Shown one piece after another: positions 13,528 to 28,071 of a stretch of 64,000 nt of DNA. Position 1 is the first letter of the stretch. The number at the start of each line of letters is the position of its first letter. The DNA is taken from contig OZ199838.1 of NCBI GenBank assembly GCA_964304625.1, positions 14,991,450 to 15,055,449 on the forward strand, given 5' to 3'. The DNA is from Kudoa neothunni. Its lineage: Eukaryota > Animalia > Cnidaria. The notes beneath the pieces are model-generated. The model made no database searches. It saw nothing but the letters and a program-made list of their open reading frames with translations, and was not told the origin of the DNA. The position numbers and the translations under genes are program-made.

Positions 13528-15431
13528 CAGTCAAACCTCGATATTGCGAAGTAAATCGGGGATTCAATTTTACTACGTAATACCGGTGATCGCGCACACG
13601 CGCTGAAGGGAAATTGTATTTTTATGATTTAACCTATTTTTTAAGCACAGAATCCAGAAATGAAATTATAAGTTAATTATTAAATGAAGTTTATTTTTAT
13701 TTTTTGTGAAAAAAGTCCGTTATGGTAGTTTGGAGTTCTCTTTTTTTAGTATTGAGATCAGTCGGTCCATTACAGGGTGTAGGACGAATAAACCTTGTGG
13801 TTCTTCCGCGATAAAAGTTTCCCTTAAAGTTTGTATTGCCTCCCTAATTTTCTTGGTAGGGACCTTTTCTATAGCTTTGTCTGTTTCGTCCTTTTCATTA
13901 TTAGATTTATTATTTATGCCGCAATTAATGACGGAGGAGGAATTTGCTTCATCGTGAACTTTTTCGTTAATTTCAGGTGATACATCATCAAGTGAGTCTA
14001 GTTAATTTTAGAAAAATAATTTTGGATAATATACCTTCATTAATGTTATCATATTCTTGAATTTCTTGAATAGTTGTTGATGCTATTAAACTTATATTTA
14101 TAATTTTAATCAAAAACACCTGACTTATTAAAACAATTAATAATTGTTTCCTTCGAAACATTATTCCAAGCATTTTTTAACGTTTTTAAACAATCGAATA
14201 AAGTATAGTTTTTAATATTTATTCATTATCATCCAATACACTAATCGAACGGAGAATTTTTTTATAGTTACTTTTTAATGAGTTAATCATTCCTAAATCG
14301 CAAGGCTGTAATATTGATGTAGTATTCTTCGGCAAAAGTAAAAATTTAATATTTTCTAGACCGCCCATGCCTTTAGGATGGGAGGGGCATTGGTCTAATA
14401 AGGTTAAAACTTTTCTATTCTCCTTTTCAAACATATTGTTAAATTTTTTCATAATCTGAAAAAAGATAGAGGCGTTCATCCATGAGTTTTTCTGAGAAAA
14501 ATATTCAATTGGTAGATGGGATATATTTTTAAAACAACGAGGCTTCTGATATTTAACAACTACAAATAATGGTAGTTTTGAACCATCCAGGCCGCAGATA
14601 CTAAAACCGTAACACGCTTCTTGGACACTTTAAATCCTCGGACATTTCGTTCTGCTTTTAATACGTAAGTTCGCTTATTAATTTGCTGGTAAAAAGCGCA
14701 GTCTCATCAACATTAATAATATTTTTTGGATCGTAACTTTGCAGAATATCTTTATTCTCAAATTTCCAAGCATATATTGAAGAAGAATCAGTACTAGATG
14801 CTTCCCCGTGAAGTCTTACGGAACGAAGTCCAAATCTATTTTTAAAGCAAGTCAGCCATCCTCTACTTGCATTAAAATTGTCGATATTCTTTTCTTTGGC
14901 GATTGACAATGCTTATGCTATTATAATTTCGCCAGAAATTTGTTTTTTATTATTTCGGGCATTTACGATCCAATTATAAACTTCGGTATCGACATCTTCA
15001 TGTTTACCGCTAGAAAATCGCTTTCTCTTGTTAGAAATATTGGAATCAGTAATTTTTTGTTCCATTGAGAGAATTCTACTGAGAGTTGAATATTCTTAAC
15101 AAAAATTATCGTTATTATTAATATAAAGTAAAAACATTTGAATACTTAGTCCGAATTTCATTACGGTCATTTTTTTGCACTTTTAATTGATTTAATTGAA
15201 TTATAATAACTAATAATTTTATTCTTCTCATCAATATCTCGCTGCACTCTCGACATTGTCAATTTTACTGCGCATTATCGAATAATATACATTGTCGTTT
15301 ATTTAAAAAAATTTTTCTTTACAATAATTTTATAATATTAGCATTAATATGTCTAATATATTTTCCAATTTAACTAAAATAGAACAAATACAAGAGATAT
15401 TGGGCTACTACGCAATACCGAGGCACGACTG
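13528..15431 (-). mobile_element. pogo/Tigger element with fragmented CENP-B-like DDE transposase
   Basis: Imperfect TIRs CAGTCAAACCTCGATATTGCG / CAGTCGTGCCTCGGTATTGCG; motifs FNASRGWLTCFKNR, NVDETALF, LLDQCPSHP, LPKNTTSILQPCDLG. Confidence 0.9.
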
Positions 15432-15737
15432 TAATCAATTTGAAATCTAACACGTGATTAAAGTAATGATGGTGAATGTGACTGGTGGGATGCTTTTGCG
15501 TCCAGTCTATCACTCTTTCGTCAAATTCACTAATCGAAATCATAATAGCTTGTTTATTAGACATTTTAAATTTTCTAATTGTAATTACCGAGAAAAAAGA
15601 AAAAAATCAAATACTACGCCAAGTAAGCGCATACATGGATAAATTTTAACATTTAATATCGGATAATCTATTTTGATTAATTTAAATAAACAATTTTAGA
15701 AAATATTGACACGTGTAATCGAAACTCAACCCCTTCA

Positions 15738-16580
15738 GATTTGTTGCCATTGGTTGATTTGCTGGATAGACGAATGGTGGCTATAGCTGAAAGATTTTCC
15801 GAAGAATTTAACACAAATCTCTCACTAAGTGATGTCAGTTTCAGTCGATTGTTAATATAGTAACATTTTAGAGTCTATAACTAACTTGAAGTTGAAACAA
15901 GATGAAAGGAGTGATTCAGATAAACGTTTGGAAGATATAGCAACCTTCCAATGTCGTAGTGATTATATAACGATTTATCCAACAAATCCATCCAAAGAGG
16001 TTGAAAAATTTAACAAATTGATAGTTCTTATTTTTAATCATGTCAGAACTTTAATAAAATTATGAACTCATTGAGTCAACACTACATCAGTTTATTCCCC
16101 CAGGTGATCGACAATAAATACATCAAGGTTCCATATCCATTGTAAGTGTTCACTTAATTCCTAGTACATTCTAATGCTAGCGTAATTTTCCAATTTGCGT
16201 AGGCAAACCGACGAATTAAGACAAAAAGTGTTTTCTCATGCCAAACAATATGCTGTTTTTGTGAAGAAACAGATGTTTGATGATTTGAAAAAATTTCATA
16301 AAAAGGCGAGTGAAGATTCTCTCTCTGGAGATGCGTCGAAAGAACTCTACAGAAATGTATTTATTTTTATTAAATATATATTGCTAAGTATTTGTGTATA
16401 TCATTTTAAAATATGATCAAAATGTATCTTTTTAGTAGAAGAAACTACATTTTTCTATCTTAATTTATTTTTATTGTTTCAAATATTGAATATTCCTTCT
16501 AGGCATTGACGGTTCTCAAAACATACAATGGAAACATCCAGAAAATGCTGGACGATAAGCAGTCTGATTTGAAGCTTTAA
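15738..16580 (+). CDS. Hypothetical multi-exon gene (helical, charged)
   Basis: Several exon-like segments bounded by GT/AG, including ORF 16195..16416 and a last exon ALTVLKTYNGNIQKMLDDKQSDLKL*; no family recognised. Confidence 0.3.
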
Positions 16581-17140
16581 AATTAATGTGATGAAGGATA
16601 AAATGTTGATGTTCCATGAAGTTTTGTGCTAAAATGCAATCAGTAGTAAAAACTATAAAACTTTACAATCTCACGGGTGCATAAAAACTAAAATAATTTC
16701 TATTTCTTTCGTTTATTAGTTACAAAACAAAGAGCTAAAATAATGACCATGCTTTTCATTAAATACACAGAGATTTTATAAATTTAAAAGTTACCATGAT
16801 AAAATTTGAAACATGTGAGGAAATAAAATTTTCTTGCGCCTTTTCGTCTCCATTGTCCATTTTAGTGGGGAAAAATTAATTCGCCCATAAATTTAAAACA
16901 GATTAATTATTTATGAATATTTTATTAATATGATAAACATAAGTTGTTATTCTAAAAATTGAATGAGATGATAGATTAGTTAATGTTTGTAGCCATTTTT
17001 GTTCATGTTACGACCTCTTCCTTTTTATAATGTCGAAATGACGTAAAACATTCAAAAGAATAAATATCACAAAATCATTTAATATTGTTAAAAACAAGGT
17101 AAATATTTAATAAGCGAGCTTTAGTTAAGTAATTATTTAA

Positions 17141-19662
17141 TCCTCCGATCGTGCCAAAAAGGACTATACACCAGGGGGGTTCCCAACTAAAACTGGACTC
17201 GCACCTCAATTTTTTGACGAAACGAAATTCGCACACCTTTGCATACGATAAGGTGTAACTGACTTAAAATTTATCCAAAATTATTTTCAATTTTGATCGG
17301 ATCTCGCACTACCTGAAACCAAAGTTCGAACTCCCTAAAGTGTGTGCACCCCCAGTTGGGAACCCCAGCTATACACCTAGCCGTTTTGGGGTTTAGGAAG
17401 ACCTCACTTTTTTCTTTCATACTTTTGAAGATAAAATTATCAAATATTGTTTTAAAATTAAAAAAATAAATCGATAGACTAGATATAGAGGAAATGGACA
17501 AAGATATTAGTACGAAGATTGCCGATCCGACACACATGAATGATTAGCTCCTCTTAGATTTCAAATTTGATTAAAATTGCACAATTACACACCTGAAAGC
17601 GAATTTAAATTAATTCGTGCATTATTTTAAAATCTTGGGTATCTCAGATCTATTATAGCGTTTAACCTGCAAGATACTCTTATATTAAATTACACATTTC
17701 ATTATATATTACAAATTATCACATCATTTATTAATTTTTAATGGATTAACAAATTAACAATATCTTTAAGATACAATTTCTAAGATGAGTACTATATCCA
17801 TTAATTGAAATACATAACGTCTTATCAATATAAATATAATCTAAGTTCATATTTATTAACCGTTCCAAATACTCTGATGTCAGAAGGAACAAGACCAGTG
17901 ATAAATAAAACAATACTTAACGATAGGCGAATAACTAATGTTGGTAGTTTATTACACAATTGCAACAAACAATTTCAGAGTGATTATTACAACAATATTT
18001 TGAACAGCAAAACCACGTTGATTTTGTTTTTCTATCCGAACCTCGTAAACACAGATTGCAACTTTTTTTAACTTTGGAAGTGAAGCTTTCATTATTCGAA
18101 ATAGAAGGATCATCATTGAGGAGCGGTTATATTGATAAATCCGCTAACTCTTCTAGATATTTGATTCTCGAGATTTTAGGTTTATTAAATATAGTTATAT
18201 ACAAGTAAAAAGAGTTGACCAAACTTAAGTCGATCATATTGTAAAAAACTACCATCGGCCATCTTTTGGTATATCGTTTTACACTCGAGGTAGATGGAAT
18301 ACTATCCACCGTATCCACTCCACCTTTGGTTTTGTTATCATCAATCATAACCTCAGGTTTTTAGTATGATCCGAATGCAACCTAACATTATTTGATGAAG
18401 TAGCTAACAAAATGACAGCCTTGTTCTTTTTGGTACATATGATAACATCATCTTTTTCTTGTGATAAACAAAAATCGAACTAAAGACTTCCCTCATTTTG
18501 TTCGGTTTCATAATCGCCGGAGTTTCCGTTTTTATTGTGAAGAAGAGTTCCAAGCATTGTTAATCCAAGGCCAAGAAGTTTGTCAGCCAATCCGATCGAG
18601 GTAAAGAAATTATCACGTACGATATTTCTACCAGATCCTTTTAGATATGATGATAATTCTAAGACAACTTTTTCTCTCACACTCTTAGTAACTTCATTGG
18701 TCGTTTAACCCAGATAGATGGAAATGTTATGGGTTTAATTGGTGTGTGGATCGGTTAATAAAAAAAACTTCATACCATAGACCACAGGCTTGGATAGCAT
18801 ATATTGTTTAAATGGGAACCTGCCACGAAATGTTATCAGTTGATTATCAACAGTAAGACTTCCGGAGGGAGTCAAACACATTGGGAGAATTCTTTTCCAT
18901 TTATTAAACAAGTCAATTATTGGGAAAAACTTATCATTTTCACGTCGTACGAACCTGGTCTCAGAATCATCAAAACGAATACTTCTATTTATTTATGTGA
19001 ATCTTTCTAGCGACATTATTTTTCTATAAATATCTCTCCCTTTACTCAAGTTCCACAATTGTTTGAGGGATTCCATCTTGTATTTAAAAATACATACATA
19101 TATATATATAGGAATTCCCATGTATGCTTTCATTTCCACTAATGTTAATAAATTTCATTTATTTCTGTAATGGAAGACCCAAAATTATTAGTGTTAATAA
19201 TAATGATTTATACAATTCGTCATCAAAAAATAACGATAAACAATCTATAAAGAAACAGATTCTTGTCGACGCGAATGCAGTTATTCCCGGGGCTTTGTTT
19301 AAAATATTCTCCTTCGTTATTTTAATATTTGAGAGAATATTAGGAGACCATAAAATCATGTTTTTATCAATGTCTATTCGACCAAATTTTCTAATAATGC
19401 AGTATTCAATTTTATACGATTTTATACATGTTTTAGTGAAATAAAAACCAGAGGTCCACCTGGGCCCCAAAACGGCCAGGTGTATAAAAAATATTGTAAG
19501 AGTTCGTTTTAAATTAGTTTTTAGTTATAAAACCTTTTTTGTATTCTTCGTAACATATCTGAAGAATAAAGTTAGATTTAATTAAGTAAAACTTATTCAA
19601 CAAGTAGTAAATTGCCCGGAATTCGGCTTGGGGTTCATTGGACTCCAAACATGCTCGAAGGG
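17141..19662 (-). mobile_element. piggyBac element with degenerate transposase (PGBD4-like)
   Basis: Motifs DNFFTSIGLA, KTKGGVDTVD, RWPMVVFYNMID and a Cys-rich C-terminus; right TIR ATGCTCGAAGGG+TTAA, degraded left TIR after TTAA 17137-17140; subterminal inverted repeat TATACACCT(A/G)GCCGTTTTGGGG near both ends. Confidence 0.85.
17172..17368. mobile_element. hAT MITE (197 bp) nested in the piggyBac end
   Basis: TIR CAGGGGGGTTCCCAACT / AGTTGGGAACCCCAG; perfect 8-bp TSD CTATACAC. Confidence 0.85.
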
Positions 19663-19998
19663 TTAAAAATAGCAATAAATATACTGTCATCGCGTGGGTA
19701 TTATAATGGACAATGATGTTTTGAGGACTTTAAATAATTAATTCTAATAGATCACAACATTGCTTTTACATATAAAGAAACCGGAGAAACAATAGCTAAA
19801 GTGATTGGCCTTCCGCATGTGGATAATTCCGATCCAGATGTGACAGTAGATGAGTCAGATTGTCTCAACATTGAAAATATTGAAGCAGAATTTGATGATA
19901 AATTAAAAATTAAAAGTGGGAAAAGGAAAGAAATTTTTGAAATCGACATGAAACTGGAAAATAAAGCGATGAATTTTAGTGACTTACGCGACCTTATA

Positions 19999-20823
19999 CA
20001 ATCGGCAACCGATTTTACGCACTTTTTTTAGAACCGACTTGGTGGTTCTCATATTAAATGTGTTGTATATGCTAAGGTTTACTCCAATTAATATTCCCTA
20101 TTTTACGAACATAAAATCTTCATTTAATATCAAATAATGCCAAGATACGTAAAATTGGTCACGACGGATTTTACGTACATTTTATTCCGATTCCTATACC
20201 ACTTGCGGATTTTACGCAATCACTAGCTATGATCATTGATAGCCAGAAGCGTTGAACATTTAAAGAAAAATATGAAATATTGAAGTTCTTTGAGACTCTT
20301 TCTCTAAAAAATTAAAAAAACAATTACTATTCGTCAATTCGAGAGTTCCACATTATATTATTTTTATGAAATAAAAAAAAAGGTGTAATTGACAAAATGA
20401 TACTCGAGTAGGAGATAAAGAAAGATTAAATCGTTGATATTAATGGAAATAAAAACGTTATGTAATCGACTATGAAGGATATTAAACAAGAGGAGGTTAA
20501 AATAACACCCATAGAGTTTCATAAAAATAAGAAATTGGTTGTGTGCAAAATTTAAAGCACTTACCATAGTCGGCGGTAATAGAAAATACAATCTATTGTT
20601 TTAAATTGAAGAAAAATTAGATAATTGAAAATAACCGAATTTTATCCATGTTTTGGAAAACAAATTAGAAATTCACTATTGTTGTGTACATATAAATATA
20701 AATTAATAAGGTTTACTCAATTTATTTACGTGGTTTGTAAATTCCGTGCCATAGTTTTAACAAATAAAAATTTTTTTTCCTTACGCATTCGCCGGTTTGG
20801 TACGTAAAATCGGTTACCCATTG
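19999..20823. mobile_element. pogo/Tc1-mariner-type MITE
   Basis: TA flanks; TIR CAATCGGCAACCGATTTTACG / CGTAAAATCGGTTACCCATTG; internal repeats of GATTTTACG. Confidence 0.7.
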
Positions 20824-21583
20824 TATTTCACATCGAGTATTTCAAATTCTTTTCTTGTGCGCGTAATCAATGCGCGAATGTGCAAGTGTAAATAAAAACC
20901 AATTGTCCGCCTTAATGGACAGATTGAAAGGGGCTTTAAATTATTTTTTTAAAATTAAATTTCAGACTGTGTATAATTTTAATACTTGTTTAATATAAAA
21001 AATTCTCGAAGAAAAATACAAATATTTGGGAACGAACGGCGTAAATATATGCCATAATATCGAAAATCTCTGGGCGCCTAAAGAACCACCTTTAGCATTG
21101 GCGAACATTTCTGGGACTCTGAATTTCGAGGAATAATAAGGTTGACAGTTGACACGAGTGTCTCCATCAAACACGCTCCAGAAGTTGCGAATTTAAGTCA
21201 TCCCGCAGTAGTGCCACTACTTCTACTCTGTGAGTCCTTATTTCGTAATGGAAGCTATGATTAGAGTGTACGGTCACTTCTGCGTACAACTCATCCTTAG
21301 ATATAGCTTGGTTCATTGAGGAAGATTGGATTCGACCATGAATTTTGTGGATCTTATTGGCTACTAAAAATTTCTTACAGGCGCGTAGGGGTTGAAATCG
21401 GTTCGGTTTTTGACCGTCCGTTTTGGATTTTATAAATATATTTTTTAATTTATATAACTTAGTTTCTATTATTAATTGGTAAAATATTTTAATCAAATAA
21501 ACGTGTCTCAAAAAAAAGGTGTCAAAACCTTTTTTTGTGAGTGACATGTTTTAACAGTAAGCAAGTTTTTTACTCAATATTAT

Positions 21584-21754
21584 TGTTAGGGCAAGGAACC
21601 ATCGTTCAAATATAACAATAATAATATATATAGAGGCTAATATAAGGGTGTTTATATAGTTAGCGCTAACGGTATATTAATACACATAGGTACCGACCAA
21701 GATAATGTGTGTCATTATATCTTTGACGCCGAAGACTAACTGTCAGCCCCAACA
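21584..21754. mobile_element. Solo LTR (171 bp)
   Basis: TGTTAGGGC...GCCCCAACA inverted termini (TG..CA) with a 5-bp TSD ATTAT. Confidence 0.65.
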
Positions 21755-22445
21755 ATTATATTAATAATATCTGCTATTTGAAGATATTTTATTAAGCTTG
21801 TAATAAGGGAGCAAAATGTAACAAATGTGACTTCACACTCACCAATATAATTGAGGATCTCTCGCACATTGACGAAACAATTTCAGATATTTAAAAATGA
21901 AACTTATCGAAGGTTGCTTTGAACAACGCATCATTTGTTCCTATATATTTATTTATTAAATATCAATTCAAAAATTTGTGAATAGAGTTTTTTTCTATAA
22001 AGGATTGTCAAATTTTGAACTATAAAAAGTAATTAATTTCATTGGATCGAATGATCAGATCCAAGACTCTAAACCTCCCAAACCTGAGATGGATTTCGAC
22101 AATTTGATAGATTACGTATCTAAGTTAAAAAGACAAAAATATTTTTCGGATTCTAACGAAATTGCCAACTTTATTATTCGCGGTTTGATGTCAGATCGTT
22201 TAGAAAGGGTTCGTATAACTCTTTCTAACGTTTGGCCTACGAGTATTGACTTAGAAGTATGTTTCTTCCAATGCAGCCGTGTTATTTTCCCATTGAGAAC
22301 AAAATTTAGCGAATCGAAACCATTTTGTTTATTTATGAAAATCGAAATAATTAAATTTATATTTGAATCATGAGATTTTTGAGTGAAGAAATTTGATCTT
22401 AAAATATTTATAATTGTTGACAAAGGTAGTAATTGGAAATTTTAA

Positions 22446-25400
22446 TCTCTAAGGTCAGCAAAAACGACCACCCCCAAGGAATTTTGGGGTCCAAAGACCC
22501 CCAGTTTTTTATTTGATGAACTAACTTAATCAATATAGTAATATTATTTTCTTCAGTTTAAAAAATTTCCGTCGATTAAATTTAAACTAAAACAGCCGAA
22601 AATTTGTGTAATTAATCAATTATAATCTCACCGTTGCTTAATGATCTTAAATTTTGGTGGAATAAAGAATTCAAGTGAATTGACTTAATGATTAGTATTT
22701 TTTGGTGAAAATATTCAATTTAATATTCTAAATTATCGTTCAGGAGCATATTGTTACTCTGCTCAAATAATGCCACGCGACCCCGCTTTCAAGTACAAAA
22801 TAAGAGTGAAACTGACGAGTGTATTGATGAATATCAATCTTTTGGAAGTGAACTTGAAGTAAACTATACGAAATCATCTGAAACGTCCACTGAATCGGTG
22901 GAATATGGAAATACTGAAGACCCAATGATCAGTTAACCTTCCGAGCGCTTCAAAATCAATTATATACTTAGTGCTTGCGGGGTCTATTAGACCACACAAG
23001 TTTATTTAACATTATGAATTTAAATAATGTTTAAAATTTCATCGTGCAAAAATAAAAATTCTATCGACAAAATTGCACAATATAAGCGAAAGAATGGCCG
23101 GCGAAACGCCCCGTTACTACCTGAGTAATGAAAAAGGGGTTATATATCCTTGTTAAATAAATTTTTACGAAATATCATTCGAGAAGAACTTTCAAAAATA
23201 TCTCAATTAATGTGTTATAAATTATCTCATATACAATTAATTAGATTAAACCTTTACGGCACAACAAAATAGTTGTCGGCAAAACGAACTAAAAGGTCTC
23301 CAACGTTCAACTTGTTGTACTTGCGCGAAGAAACTATCAATGCTTATAATAATATATGTAGAAATTTTGTTATAATAATTGCATTAGTAGCAGCAGTAGT
23401 AGCGATAGCAATGATAGTCCTAATAGTATTTGGATTTCCTCCCAGTAATGTAGTGGGCTAGATCGGGGCTCCGCCTCTGTTCATCGGGGATTACTACACA
23501 ACTTAAACGTATATATCAATGTGTAAGTTTAAGGAAACGGCAGTATCATTATTTATATCAGATCTATAATCAAATCGATGCTCTCCCTCTAATAGACAAT
23601 TTATTATGTACGTCAAAATAGAAATCCCATTCCGCAAAAATATGAAAGTTCTAATGTAATCCAGACATTTATTTGTGTTAAATAAACTGTTAAAACAAGC
23701 ACATTCGGAATGTTCTTCGCATCAATGGTCCTTACATACAACACGTATATGATTGCATTGTCTTACAATCACTGTTTCTTGGACTTATAGCACATTGTTT
23801 ACTGGATTTTTTGGAACAATATCAGCGCTATTTGGATTTCCTGCTCTTGATTTAGTAACAAATTTAGCGACAAGGAATTGCTGAAAGAATGGAACGAGCT
23901 AGCGAGATTCTCTAAAAATTAGGCTCTTGACTTTTCCATCATTGAATATGACTTTGTATAAGCAAACCGCGTTTACGAGATTTGTGTCGATACTATGAAA
24001 AATAACTGCTGGCCTGCGTATGAAATATTTTTTTAGGCTTGTGGAGGTGAAAATCCGATCAATCATATCAATAACTCATTTAATTTTGTTATAATAATTT
24101 ATGCCACCTGGCTTATTTTTTCATCGGTCAATAAATTTGTATAAGCTGTTGAATTGGCTAAAATTAACAAATCCTTATTTTTTTCATTATACGTCGAACA
24201 TTCCTCTTATTAGCTCAAAATGTTCTAACCATAGTAAGAACCATTTTCAATAAATCAAATCTCTTTGCAATCATGATTATAATAATGAAAGTCAAATATA
24301 TTGGCATTACATGCAACATTTCTGTAAAAATTGTCATCCAAAAATATGTCAAAAATCGGTTATACGAAAGATTCTCTGAGATGCAATATTTGTGGGGCCA
24401 GATGCCTTACTAACAAAGTTTTCTTGTTGTATTTTGGAGGTTTTTAAAGCTTCTGCGGCCCAGGTAAGATTATTGTCATCATGTTCTGATAAATCAATGG
24501 CAGGATCAATATAATCGGAGGAATCGATGATTTCACTTAAGTCGGAATTATAATCAGCAGAATATATTTCGTTGAAGGCCTCCATGAAGACAAATTTCTG
24601 TAATAAGCTCGATTCGTGTATAGTCGTATAAACGTCGGGGAAAGTATATCTCATTTTTCTCTTTATGTTGTCGTTAGATTTTGTCAATATTCGCAATTCC
24701 ATTTATTATAATTTTATTTATAAAATTATAAAATAAAATTGTGGGGTCTATTTGACCTCAAAAGCACCAAGTGTGTAATTTTTTTTTATTTTTCAGTTAT
24801 TAATGATAATTCAAAACTTATTTGGCAGGAATACAGTGTAAGAAATTTTATAAGAATAGACTGAGTTTTAGAAAATTTAGATGATTGGAAGGGGGCAAAA
24901 ACTAATCTTTAATATGGCTTGGGGTCTAATAGACCCCAAAAGCACTCTGAAGGTTAAAGTGGTATTATGTGGAGTTTTAGTAAACCAACAACATCAAAAA
25001 TCGATGCAGAAAATATTATTAAAAAACAGCTTGGCCCTGCTTTCTATTGCACTCAGAACGTTAAAAGCATGTTAGATTACTTTTCATCTTTTTCCCAAAC
25101 ATAATATGTGAATAAATAATCAAATATATTAATTATTTGGAAGATTTCATTTCAAAGGTCGAAATTTAATTATCAGCTATGTTTAAATAGATTATATTTA
25201 CTTTTTATAGTTCAATAAATTTATTTTTTGTGGTAAACGAAAGTTTACCGTATCTATTTTAATTAACGGTCACGCGTGAATAATCTAATCCTTACGAAAA
25301 ATAAACATTAATTAATTAGGTTCATAACATATTTCTAAATTTTTATGTGACTAAAATGAATAATACTTGTATAGCTACATTTTTATTTATTTTTAAAGCA

Positions 25401-25628
25401 TATTGACCCAAAAACGTCGTGGGGTCTAAAAGACCCCAAAAGTTCTTAAAGGCTAATTATTTTTTCTGTGCCTAATTTTTATTTGCTCGGCTTAAGATTT
25501 TCAAATAAGGATCATTATTGAAAGTTAGGAGATTAGATACAATTTTACGAATTTCTGATTGTTACGTACATAATAATGGGTAAATTAATTATAGTTTGGG
25601 GTCTTTTGGACCCAAAATCCTTACAGGG
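22446..25628 (+). mobile_element. Outer decayed piggyBac element, interrupted by an inner piggyBac
   Basis: TTAA ends, right TIR CCTTACAGGG; GGGGTCNNNNNGACCC subterminal motifs; acidic N-terminus at 22751-22930 continues after the insertion as SGIMWSFSKPTTSKIDAENIIKKQLGP. Confidence 0.6.
22937..24953 (-). mobile_element. piggyBac element with degenerate transposase, nested at a TTAA
   Basis: TTAA-CCTTCCGAGCGCTT ... AAGCACTCTGAAGG-TTAA; acidic N-terminus with W...GP motif (ORF 24349..24702); Cys-rich C-terminal remnant near 23700. Confidence 0.8.
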
Positions 25629-26723
25629 TTAAATAATAAAATTTATTCAGACAACAAAAGCTAATATAAAATTTAATTAAGTTGTAAAATAATTCAAAAT
25701 TTTGCTTAAAGCCTATTTAAACGAAGAACGACTTAAATAAAATTTGAATCGATCACATTTTACATATTTTTGCGTGCAAAAGAATTAATATCGAAAATTG
25801 AAAAAATTATTAACAAACTCGAAAACTAATTTTAGAAACCAAAGCCGAACCTTCATAACCCCTACAGAAGCCACCGAGTCAACATTCTTCAAGTTGAGGG
25901 GATAAAATTAATGTTGTGTCCACGGGCTTGCAACGTACACATGTTGACAGCTGAAGATAGGGAAATTGTTTCTGATTTTTCCCTCTCTCCTATTCTGCAT
26001 GGATTACCCGGTACCAAAACGGAACCTCTACATAAGGATATTCAGTGAATTCCCGAAGTCTTTAGAGAGCAACTGGCATACGGCAAATTCCCGCAATAAA
26101 ACAGTTTTCCCCCGGAAATCGGCGGCGCAGAGGGTCAAAACGGAGACTCCATCGTCTTCAGAATTTGGAACCCCTCATCCTATATAAACAATAGTTAGTT
26201 TGTTAATAGTATTCTCTCCTTTCGCCTTGCTATTTGGTTTTTGTTCATGCTCTCTGACATTCTTAGCGTACACAGCAGTTAGGAGCAATAGTTTCCGACG
26301 ACGAAGATATTTTATGGGTTGAATTCCCACATTAACGTAGTATGTTAAAGTGAGGGGTTGTGTGTGACTCATTACTGTCTCTAATGTTCATGGAATCAGT
26401 CAGAACTCCACAGTGTAAAACAATGCGTGAAGAGTCTCACCTTGTAAAAAAGGTCTAATATGCTGTGAGTTGGTTTACGATTTTGATTTTTTTAATAAAA
26501 TAAAATTCTACAATATAATTAAAATTATAAATAATTATTATTACGTTTATTTGCGATAATTTGCTTACGTTATAATTAAACCTATGGTTTATTGCGTTAG
26601 GAAGAGCTGCGAAAAACTTATCGAATTAACTAATATCAAAAGCGTATAGATGAATAAGTACACCATAGAAAACATGTGCAAAAAATATTCTAATCAACGT
26701 TAAAACATTATCAATAAAGGAGT

Positions 26724-28040
26724 TATTTTCGATTGGATACTTTGCTTTCTAAAATAATGTATAAGTAAAGGGGAATACAATATAGCCGTTCAAATACTTT
26801 TTTGTAGTTCTGCTGGCAACCAATCATCATCGATCTCATTAACTTTTTCAGCGGTGGATCGAGTGTATCTCGGATTACGTTGGTTGCTCTTGGAGTTCTA
26901 GTGTATTTTCCATTATTTAAAGTTTAAGAAAAACGGCTCAATATACCTTCGAAAACTTCTGAATCAACAATTTAGACACAATCATTGTGGTAGAGGTCAA
27001 GACAACAAGCATAAATAGGCTAAATAATAAACAGATAAACTCAAATAAAAATATTTTTATGTTTAGGAAGAATTACAATTTAAGATCAAAAGTGTTTTCA
27101 GGTAGCTCCATGAATCGAATAGTTTCATTGTAGACAGGATAGATATATTCATGTTTATCCTAATGTGAAAGATGTATTATGGCAACTACAGCTTAATATT
27201 CGACAATATACGTCAGTCAAATGAGCAAAAACGACCAGAGTGAAATTTTTCTCCGCGAAGCTATCATGCAACCAAATCATATAGTTGAATGTGGATCCAG
27301 ACTGAGCAAGCACAGGTTGTACATATCTGGTGGCAGTCATGTTTTGGAGAAGTTGATTTTTATTCTTTGGATGATACAACGAAGCGTATATATAATGAAC
27401 CCAGTAGTTGTTTCCAGTAGATAATTGATTTTCAATACCAACGATAATAGGACGTGGTTTACCGGCATATAATGCGCCTAAAAATATGCAAACAATAATA
27501 AGAACAAGAACAATTGGTAAATTCGAACAGAGTCATGACACATACCAGGGGTGGTATCGCTTGGGAAGATGCATTTGGCTGCGAGACCTGGGGGATTACT
27601 AATGTCATAATTTTCATCTTCAACTTGATTGGTGTCATCATTATTGGGTTGATTGTCATTGTTTACCTTAAAAGTAATTGAATAAACAATAAATACCACA
27701 TTCAAACTACATTGGAATCGTCTGATTGTAAATCAGGCTCACTGGGAGATATTTCATCAGCTATGTCCATATTTTCTTGATTGTAGTCATCAACTGCGGA
27801 GCCTATGGTGGGATTGTCAACAAACAAACATCGCAACCAATTAAAGGATTACATTTTATAATGGTGAAGGGGAGACTAAATGCGAGAACCATACAAAAAA
27901 TTCCACCTAACCTCATCTTAATGAATAAGTAACGATGAGTTAGCAACTACGATTCGATTCGATAACACACGAGCATTAAAATTACATGGAACCCTCTATC
28001 GAGGATTCCAATTGTATTGTTTCATTGAAAACTCCATTCC
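26724..28040 (-). CDS. Hypothetical multi-exon gene with hydrophobic segments
   Basis: Consecutive minus-strand exon-like ORFs (27478..27705, 27155..27379) with short GT-AG introns; no family recognised. Confidence 0.35.
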
Positions 28041-28071
28041 AAATAGGTTTAGGGATAAAAACAACAAAAAT

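Noticed and set aside
12740-15600. Possible minus-strand host gene interrupted by Tigger-1
   Set aside because: Could not build a consistent spliced frame or recognise a domain.
21060-21410. Relatively GC-rich island with a T-loop-like GGTCGAATCC (minus strand); considered tRNA, SINE or RNase P RNA
   Set aside because: No cloverleaf, A-box or RNase P conserved regions could be built by eye; an Infernal/Rfam search would be needed.
25830-26180. GC-richer segment that might be a retroelement fragment
   Set aside because: No diagnostic motif or termini.
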